Source of the DNA: Octopus vulgaris
Taxonomy: Eukaryota
Reading direction: 5' to 3'
DNA length: 64,000 nucleotides
Assembly: GCA_951406725.2 (NCBI GenBank)
Contig: OX597820.1
Location: 63,922,001 to 63,986,000 of the forward strand
Position 1 is the stretch's first letter, and the number at the start of each line of letters is the position of its first letter. Positions 54,381 through 64,000 of the stretch are shown here, piece by piece. Below the pieces are notes generated by a model that worked only from the letters and a program-made list of their open reading frames with translations, was not told the DNA's origin and ran no database searches. Position numbers and translations under genes: made by a program.

Positions 54381-54387
<7 letters not shown>

Positions 54388-55811
54388 TAAATTAGAGATA
54401 AAACCACTACTAGGCAAATCAAACAGTGGAAATCATAAGCCAATACATAGAAATAAAATTCATTAAAAAATATATAAAAAATATAAAATATAAAATATAG
54501 AAATCCAATTAAAATATTTAAATTAAAGTTAAAATTTTTAAAAACATTTTTAAATTAATAATTAAAACTTATAACTGATAAATATATATATATATTTATT
54601 ATTATTTTATTCAATTATTTATTTATTTATTTTTATTTATTTACATTTTTTATTTTTTTAAATATTTTTAATATTTTTATATTTTCATATTTATTTATGA
54701 TTATTTCTTTAAGTACTTTAAAGATAAGATTTTTGAAAGTTATTATTTAGCCAAAGAGATAAAGATAGTACATTTACTATAGTGTTCGTTTAAGATAGTT
54801 TGTTTGTATTTTTGAAATTAGCTATTTCATCTTTAAATATGAAAACTTAATTTATTGGGTCTTTAGTATATGTGCATATATTTATTTATAGAGATTATTT
54901 AGATCTTAAATATATTCATATACATATATATATTTTCATTGATAATTTATATATTATTTAAATTTTATATTTTAATAATATGAAAAAACATTTTTTTTTG
55001 TTTTTGTAAAATATTTATGTAATTAGATATTGACTATTACTGATATTAGATTATTGGTGTGTTTCTTACCTTAAAAATTAATACTTAAAAATTAAAATTA
55101 ATATTTAACATTATAATCGTTGTTTTGACATAATCATAATCGTTAAGTTTCTAGTTTGATAATAGAGTTTTTTATAAGAAAATTTATTATATTATTTATT
55201 TCTTAAAAAATATTGTTTAAATATTTTTGATTATTTATTAAAATATTACAATTAACCTGAAGATTTACTGTAACCATAACTCGAATTATTAATTGAATTT
55301 AAATTATTGCTATTCGAATTGGTTACGGGCATGAAACGATCGTAGTGTTTTTACTATTTATCTTTTTAAACTATTAATACTTTTTGATAGTTTATAAAAA
55401 AAAATTTTTAATAAATATAAAAATATAAAAATATAAAAAATATAAAAATTTTAAAATATATAAAAAATAAAAGAATATAAATAAAAGAATAAAAGAACAA
55501 ATAATTAAATAAAATAACGATAAAAATATATATATATTTATAATTTATAAGTTTAAATTATTAATTTAAATAATTAAAAAAAAATTTTAACTTTCATTTA
55601 AATATTTTAATTGGATTTTTCTATTTCCTATTTGCTATTTTTGATATATTTTAAAATTAATTTTATTTCTATGTATTGGCTTATGATTTTCACTGTTTGA
55701 TGTGCCTAGTAGTGGTTTTATCTCTAATTTAATATAATATATATTTATACTATAGAATTAGATTATATCCTAAATCTAATTTTTCCCTGTAAGTTTGGAT
55801 TTACTCCCTAA

Positions 55812-55812
<1 letters not shown>
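54381..55812. mobile_element. Extremely AT-rich Penelope-type palindrome with hammerhead motif at 55254-55349
   Basis: Arms about 54381-54690 and 55410-55738; CTGAAGA..GTAACC/GGTTAC..GAAACGATCGTA; 74-bp 3' extension; microsatellite flanks. Confidence 0.7.
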
Positions 55813-55897
<85 letters not shown>

Positions 55898-56419
55898 AAG
55901 CATTGGAATTGACTACATTTTGGTCATCTGCTTTAGAATTATACTAACAAATTTCAGTTGATCCATGAATAAGAATTATCGCATTGAAACCTTCCAGAAA
56001 ATCAAGATTCATACACACTCACACAAAAAATCACAATAGCCGCAAATAAAATTATATCAACAAATAAATATAAAACAAAATATTACTCTTTCTTATGTTG
56101 CTTTGTCACGAAAAATATGTATTTTATTCTATATTTTCTTTCAGAAATACTACATTAATTTACATAATTATTCTAATAGATTTGTTTTTCTGATAAAATT
56201 TGTTTCTAATAATTATTACAGCACTTATGAGAATACGTTTCCTGTCTGAAGTTAATAGAACAAACTTCTAAAACAGACAGCTAATTTGTAACTTCGTCGA
56301 ATAGATGTACTGCCGCGCAAACTTTCAGCTGCGTAGGTACAAATCTCTAAAATATATGTATTCCCAGTGTATGTATATATACAGGTGTGAGTGTGTGTAT
56401 TTTAATGTATCTATGTATG

Positions 56420-56845
56420 TATGATTCCCTTCTGTTTTTTATTATTTGAATACCTCCTCTTAAGATGGAACTGGTTTCCTACAGATAAAATGGTCCATTG
56501 TTGGAATGTAGGTAACGAGAACAATGTTACATTTTAAACCCGAGAAAAGTGTTGCAGTGTTTTACCGTTATGATAATATATTGCTTTTATAAAGAGCGCG
56601 ATAGTTGGTAGATTCTTTTTTCTAAAAATTCAAAGCTTATCCAGACTGACAGATAGGTATCTACTTAGGAAACCAACTGCTCCAATTATTTCTGGTGTAA
56701 ATGTAAATTTGTAAGCTGGATGTGCTTGTATGTCATTGTTCAGTTTTATTTCAAGCTTTATTGCCAATAGAGAAAGGGCTGGTTTCTAACCTAGATCCAA
56801 GGCTCCTTCATTGGAATTTCAACATCAACAGCAGGGTAATTTTCT
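56420..56845 (-). mobile_element. RLE-type non-LTR 3' end(s) in (CATA)n
   Basis: HPAYKFTFTPEIIGAVG...TVKHCNTFLGF* followed by UTR with GAAACCAG..AATAA; a second similar UTR end lies upstream. Confidence 0.5.
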
Positions 56846-57390
56846 ATGTATGTATGTATATATGTATGTAGGTATTAATGTGTATGTAGGTATGTATGTA
56901 TATGTACAGATCTGTATGTTTTTTTTTACGTATGCATTCTTATATATATAGTTGCATATCTAGACATGCTCATAAATATTTAAATGATAAACTTGTTCCC
57001 CTGGGTTAAGCGCGTCTGATTTTGAAAGTCCCAATATTTATTATCACCCTAAGAAACAACTCTGATTATATGTCCAAGTGCATCGCATAATGATATATGA
57101 AGAAAACTACGAAGGTGTTGCTAAAACCTTCCTTACTTTGGATTAAAAATTCATACAGGTAGATCATCCTGACTCACACACTTATTGCAGCCGTCCTTCT
57201 GTTGTTCTAGGCCCTGTAAAAGAACTTGAAAGGCTAGGCCTCGAGCCAGACTTTTCATGATACACTTAAAATTTACATTTGACCACGCCTGAAAATTTCA
57301 GTAAGCTTACACATGTACCTGTGTATGTGTGTGTGTGTGTGTGTGCGTGAGTGTGTGTGCGTATACGTGTGGGCGTATGTGTGTGTGTGT

Positions 57391-57457
<67 letters not shown>

Positions 57458-57748
57458 GTGTTGGTTGTACTCAGTGACCAGGCAAAATTCAATGAGATAA
57501 AATTGCTCATTTGATGAAACAACCGGAAGTACATAGCCAGAAATTCTGAGCGAGACTCATGCCCCACTCAGGCAAAACGTACAATGTTGGGAGTGAAATG
57601 CTTGTGATTCTAAGATAACTGCAGACGAGGGGAAAGTCTTACAGCATTGCGTTGAACTTAGATGAGCTTCAATAATTTTGAATGGATTCTGCAGTTTCTA
57701 CGTGGGGCGAGGCAACTCCAATATTTATTTCGCACGTGTGTGTTTGTA

Positions 57749-57801
<53 letters not shown>

Positions 57802-58082
57802 CTGCGTGCTTGTATACGTTACTCTGTACATTTGTGTCCATTGAATTTATTTGTTGCTCCTGTGATTTCATCATCTAATCTTATCGCATTTGATATATTT
57901 CTTTTACTAAATCTTTAATATTTGTCCAATATAATTGACTCTGAATGAAGGAACATGATATATTAGCTGTGTGGATTGCCTGGACTCAACTTTTTCAATA
58001 ATTCATTCGTCAGAGCAGGGGACCTAACACTTTACTGTACTAAATAAACGTTCAGCACGTTTGCATTCTATACTACTTTTTA

Positions 58083-58198
<116 letters not shown>

Positions 58199-58930
58199 GT
58201 ATATATACATATATATATACATATATACATATATATATATATACATATATATATATACATATATATATACATATATATACATATATATATATACATATAT
58301 ATATGTATATATATACATATATAGATATATATATCAAAACGGCGGTGCATCAGCATGGCCGCAGCTCTGAGTTGAAACTAAAAAGAAAGATATATATATA
58401 TATATTAAACATGCATATGTATGTATGTATGTATACGTATATCAACAGTTAAGGACAATGCAATATCATAAAGGTAGCATTTAATCGTCAATAAATGCCA
58501 AAGCACCCACATTGCAAGAAATAAGAGATTAGAATATATTTTAATACTGTAAGAAAAGCACAGTTTATATGCACTGACAGGGGAGGTAACTACCCCGTGC
58601 CCGTCTCTAAAATCAAAACTCGAGACCTAGTTTCCTCTATTCTGTAGGCATCGTCTGTAGTGACTACTCCAACGGTCGAACTTTCGGCCAATTCCGTCTG
58701 CCAGTATATATATTTTTACCATAAAGATTTATGGTTGATTTAGCCAAATGTTAGTATGTATACTAAAAATTAATATAAATAGCTAGGTGCAATGTAATAG
58801 ATTAAGGAAAAACTTAATCGTCACTAAGTAAGACTAAGTGTACCAAAGCACCTACTTTGATAGAAAGAAGAGTTTAAAGATCTCTTAAGGCTGTACGAAG
58901 AGCGTAATACACAAACACACACACATACAC

Positions 58931-59006
<76 letters not shown>

Positions 59007-61647
59007 TAGAGACAGTCTTGAGGTGGTTACCTCCCCTCTCCGTTTTTCGAACCGTATAGAACGATTTAGAGAGAGATGGCTGCTATTTCTAGCAGTTGAG
59101 ATAGCCCGTTAATTTTCTTACTGCTACCGGCCTAAACAGTTGAATTTAATGACAGATTCGTTACCTTTTGCTTTGAGTGTAATGATAATAATTGATTTTC
59201 CGAAGTTACTCCCCTTGCGTGATACATTACGTTGAAAAAAAACAACGCTTGGTTATTCTCGCGTGTCTAGAAGTTTCTTTAAAACGAAACATTACATGAG
59301 ATGAAATAGACTCTGAGCATTAACTTACACTAGTATTGGTAAAACCAGTTTTCCTTCCATAAGGCCATGATGAATTAGGAAATCAGATGGTAATTTAGTT
59401 TTTTCATGCTCTAGTTTACTTCTGAGAGGCACGATCGTTTTTCTTTTACAATTTTTCTGATTTTTTTTCTTTTTTTTCTTTTTTGCTATTATTTCATAAA
59501 GATAGTTATTTGTTCGCAAGATTTTTCTATTGATCCAGGTTTATTGATTTTATTATAGTCAGTTATTTTCCTATTTCCTTTATTGATTCTGTTAAGTGTT
59601 CCTCGATGTTTACTCCGCTTATTTTCTTATGATGTGTTTGTCTTCATTCTCTTTATAATTACGTATGTACCATCGAGATTACATTTTTCTTTTGACTATT
59701 TGCTTGTTAGTTAGGTCATGTTTGATTAATAAACCTCATTCTGGATTTCTATTACATTCTCCTGTCTCTATATTTGCTTGACTGAGGGGAATTGTCATTT
59801 TCATATATGGTCGCTTCGGTTTTGTAATTTGTAAGGTTCACCAACTAAATGTGGTCCTTGAATTCATGTTATTTCCTTTGTATTTGCGAGAGCTGAGATA
59901 CTTTGAGGGAACTATGTTCTGTTTTGCTCCTTTCATTGATTTCTAGGATTTTTTCCGTTTTATGTATTTGATCAAAACTTGCGTTTTATTATCGCTGTGT
60001 ATTGTTTTTACGAGTTTACATTTTGCTTTTCAATTTCTGTACCACTGATATATTTTTATGGTTTATTTATTATAAATATGCATTTCTATCACTAATGTGT
60101 TCCAATCTAGTTTCTTACATCTTCATTTATTTCTTCTCCAGATCTTGTGCGTCTATTTTATGGTACTAGCGCGTGTTAGTCTGTGTTTAGTATGTGCATC
60201 ATATTTCTAGATGTTGTTTTTAGCCGTTTGTTTCTTTGCAATTACTGCTTTCTTTATTTTTTATACGTTATTTATATATTCACATTTTTTTTTGCTGGAC
60301 GCTAGCATTAGGAAAAACGCATCTTTGTAGATTGTTAACCTTTTGACCGAACAGCGCTTCTAAAGCGCCTGTTGTCTCATGTGCTACGTAGCGTGATCGC
60401 ATTAAACCCGCGTTTCGGCGTTCCTCATAAATGATGGCCCGCCGGGCATTGATTTTATAGCTCTTTGTATTTTGCTTCATGGTTCATATGATATGCTGCG
60501 TTCGTTCTGATTTAAGTTGGTTCCTGTTGCTTTCTCTATGTAGCTTGTTCTTATTTATTTGTTGCGGTTGATCGTTGGTATTTATTTTGTAAACAATACA
60601 TTTTTGTGCGTAATCAATACAAGAACATGTAAACTCAGTTCTTATTTATTTATTTTGTATCACAATTTATGAATAAAGAGCCGTTGGTTACAGGTTTTAT
60701 CAAACTCAGCAATCACTGGTTCACTGCCTTTCTGGTGATGAGAGAAAGACAAAGGAGTGATTACAATTCAGCGGACATCATTCAGAGAATACCGGTTTTT
60801 TAACGGTGCTTACATGTGTACATGGCAAACAGAAAAATAGCTACATAACCAAGCACACGTGCGCATACACTCACACGCAAACACACACACACGCGCACAC
60901 ATACACACACACACACAGACAACGGACTACTATAAGGTTTCTCTATTCCAAATTTCTTTCTCATTGTCATTGGTTAACCCCTTGTAATGGGGTACATGGT
61001 TGCCCAAGCAGCCGCCAATTGTGATCGAACTAAGCAACCTCATTGTTATTTAGCAATCAATCAAGGTTTGCGAACACAAACGAAAGAAGCTGAAGATGAG
61101 GCAGAGAAACATACGTGCCTACGTCTTAACTGAACCATCATCATCATCCTCCTCCTCCTCCTCATCATCATCATCATCATTATCATCATCATCATTATTG
61201 CTGTAGTTGCTGCAGGTGGTGCTGCTACAACTGCCATTGTTTTGTACGGGCGGTGACTTTGCAGAAACGTTACCATGCCGGGCGAAATGCTTAGCCGCAT
61301 TTATTCGGCAGCTTTATGTTCGAATACTAAGGTAGCAGAACTCAACTTTGCTTTAATTCTTTGAAGGTTTTTAAAAAATAGTACCAGTTGAGCACTGGGG
61401 TTGATGGAAACAACATACCTCACCGCTATAATAACTTGCAATGGAAGGTAAAATTTACAACTATTACCGCCGCCAACACCACCACCAGCACCACCAGCAT
61501 CACCGACCCCCCCCATCATCATCATCAGCAGCATCATTATCATCATCATCATCATCATCATCTTCATCACCATCATCTAGTGGAGCTTGCTCGGAAAATG
61601 TATTTCGATTGGTAATTTTTTTAATCTATGATCGCAGTCCCTATAAA

Positions 61648-61874
61648 CCAGTGTTTTTACCTATGGACCCATTCGATTCCTGTTTTACTTGGGTGGACCC
61701 TAATAGTCATTCGATGTTTAAAAAAAAAACTATTATATCTTTATAATTAAGTACTCTTAGGGGTTGTATAAAAGCAATTGTTACAATACTTTTTGTATTA
61801 TTGCAGATAAATTTTTACAACAAAATATTATGTGGAACTCCAAGGGACCCATGAACTCCGGTTGAGAACCGTTG
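61648..61874. mobile_element. Decayed hAT/Charlie-like MITE
   Basis: CAGTGTTTTT... and ...GGTTGAGAACCGTTG ends with internal GGACCC motifs. Confidence 0.5.
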
Positions 61875-62585
61875 CTATAGACGATTGCAGGGCCAGTCAA
61901 ACTGACAGGTTTCCGAGACATAACCGCCATCATCATGTTTTCGATTTTATTGTTTGCTTTATGTGAGCTTTTCCAAGTCTCACTCTCAGACCTCGAGAAA
62001 CAAGAGAGACGTTTTACAGTGGGTGTTACTTATTAGTAACAATGGCATATTCTGATTGAAATTAGACGAAGAACTGAAAACTTCATTGAGAGAGCGTTAT
62101 AATATTTGAGATTGTAAAACATTTTAAAAGAATAAAATGTTCTAATGGTGACTGTGGTTTTCTTAATGTGTGAATTTTAGACACATTTTTTAAAAATATG
62201 GGCTGTACCCACTTATTTGCTTCTTTTGATATTCCTGAATTTTGGTTTTTCCATGCTTGCAGAAAAGTTAAATCACCCTATCAATAATGTTCTTTTAACA
62301 GGCTTCTAATCTTACGTTTGCTATATTCGCACCATCTTCATCCTACGTTTACCATCCTCTCGCTTCATGCATTTTGTTTACAGCTGCTTTTGAATGACTC
62401 TGTAAATGAACAGCCATTGTGTTAATGGCCTACCAATGAATACAGTACGTTTCCCTGCCCTATGTGTCAGAAATGCACTCGACAAGAAATTGAAACTGAA
62501 TTGAAAAAAATATGTTAATGAAAACAACAACAGCAGCAGCAACAACAACAACAACAATAACAATAATAATAACAATAATAATAAC

Positions 62586-62635
<50 letters not shown>

Positions 62636-63192
62636 TAAAAATAATAATGATAATAATAATAATAACAATAATAATAATAATAAAAGTTTCATACATATGC
62701 ATTAATATATCTCCCTGCATATAGATAATGTAAGAATTCCGTAGCTTAATTCTTTGTCTTTTTTTCTTACCTTTTTCTGTTGGTTGCATTGGACATACAT
62801 TACATAGCTAAATTGCATAAATATTGACTTCTTACGGATTCTGTAGAAAATTTCAGCAAAAAATTTGCTTAATTTGTGAAAGTTGTTTGGAACCAAATTT
62901 AATTGGTAGCTGACCTGAATGTATAGAGGCGAAGCAATATCACTCATAAACCTATCATTGTGTGAGACAACAGATAAAATATCTGTTCAAACTACCTCCA
63001 TTCATAACCTTCTCTCTTAGATTAAAGTCGTATTAAGTAATGTGCAAGAAAGCAGGAATGGTTTACGAAATATTGCCACATAAACATTCATTTCAAGACT
63101 TCTGGATAACATCATTTGAAATAAAAACAAAACAGCTGGTAAACAGTAAACCATAACATAATTTATCTGTTCATAGGCAGTGAGCGAGCAAG

Positions 63193-63287
<95 letters not shown>

Positions 63288-63595
63288 AACACATACAGAT
63301 AGATAGATAGAGAACGAGAGAGAGAGAGAAAGAGAGGGAGAGGAAGAGAGAAGGAGAGAATGCGTTCCATCAAGATAATGTTTACCTCCATACAAATTGT
63401 TTGATGAGTTTTTCACTGGGATATTATTTAACAAAGGCGCCACTCCCTAAATGACCATCCGGTCAATGTTACACCGTCTCACAATCAATTGACCACTAAA
63501 ACGGACTTCACTGAGTAAAACCGTAAAATTATCTTCAACAAGAATATAACAATAAAAAATAAAAAAAACACGCCGTTCAGAACAACATCAACGGA

Positions 63596-64000
63596 AGTGG
63601 AGGCGCAATGGCCTAGTGGTTAGGGCAGCGGACTTGCGGTCGGAGGATCGCGGTTTCGATTCCCAGACCGGGCGTTGTGTGTGTTTATTGAGCGAAAAAC
63701 ACCTAAAAGCTCCACGAGGCTCCGGCAGGAGGTGGTGATCCCTGCTGTACTCTTTCACCACTCTAAAAGGCGGTGCTCCAGCATGGCCGCAGTCAAATGA
63801 CTGAAACAAGTACAAAAAAAAAAAAAAAAAAAAAAAGTGGAGGCGCAATGGACAAATTGTTAGGGCAGCGGACTCGCGGTCGTAAGAACGCGGTTTCGAT
63901 TCCTAGACTGGGCATTGTGAGTGTTTTTTGAGCAAAAACATCTAAGCTCCGTGGTGAACTCCGCTGTACTCTTTCACCACAACTTTCTCTCACTCTTTCA
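63596..64000 (+). mobile_element. Tandem pair of tRNA-derived SINEs (family D) separated by a family A tail and poly(A)
   Basis: GTGGAGGCGCAATGG..TTAGGGCAGCGGACT..GGTTTCGATTCC occurs at about 63597 and 63837. Confidence 0.85.

Noticed and set aside
59150-60560. Decayed minus-strand LINE
   Set aside because: Only faint motifs (SIIITLKAKG, SDH); the family cannot be supported without a search.
62700-63015. RLE endonuclease fragment on the minus strand
   Set aside because: VCP..K..K..YG.L pattern is suggestive but too degraded to call.

Overview
Eukaryotic, AT-rich, microsatellite-saturated genomic DNA. The repeat repertoire looks cephalopod (octopus-like), which is an inference from the SINE and microsatellite landscape. 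I find no convincing host protein-coding gene, rRNA, functional tRNA or CRISPR array; nearly all ORFs in the track are translations of simple repeats. The window is a retroelement graveyard: (i) a near-perfect ~1.95-kb palindrome (26788-28736) made of two head-to-head 5'-truncated Penelope-like elements, one with an intact GIY-YIG endonuclease ORF and each with a hammerhead-like motif; (ii) several older Penelope-type palindromes or hammerhead remnants; (iii) R4/Dong-type RT and restriction-like endonuclease remnants, mostly beside short-repeat arrays; (iv) an L1/Tx1-like 3' end whose terminal motif recurs in (TATC)n arrays and as the tail of a tRNA-derived SINE; (v) at least four SINE families; (vi) FLYWCH/MULE, hAT and RTE remnants; (vii) a 27-bp hairpin-bearing minisatellite; and one 100-N assembly gap. 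Coordinates and alignments were done by eye, and family assignments rest on recalled motifs rather than database searches.
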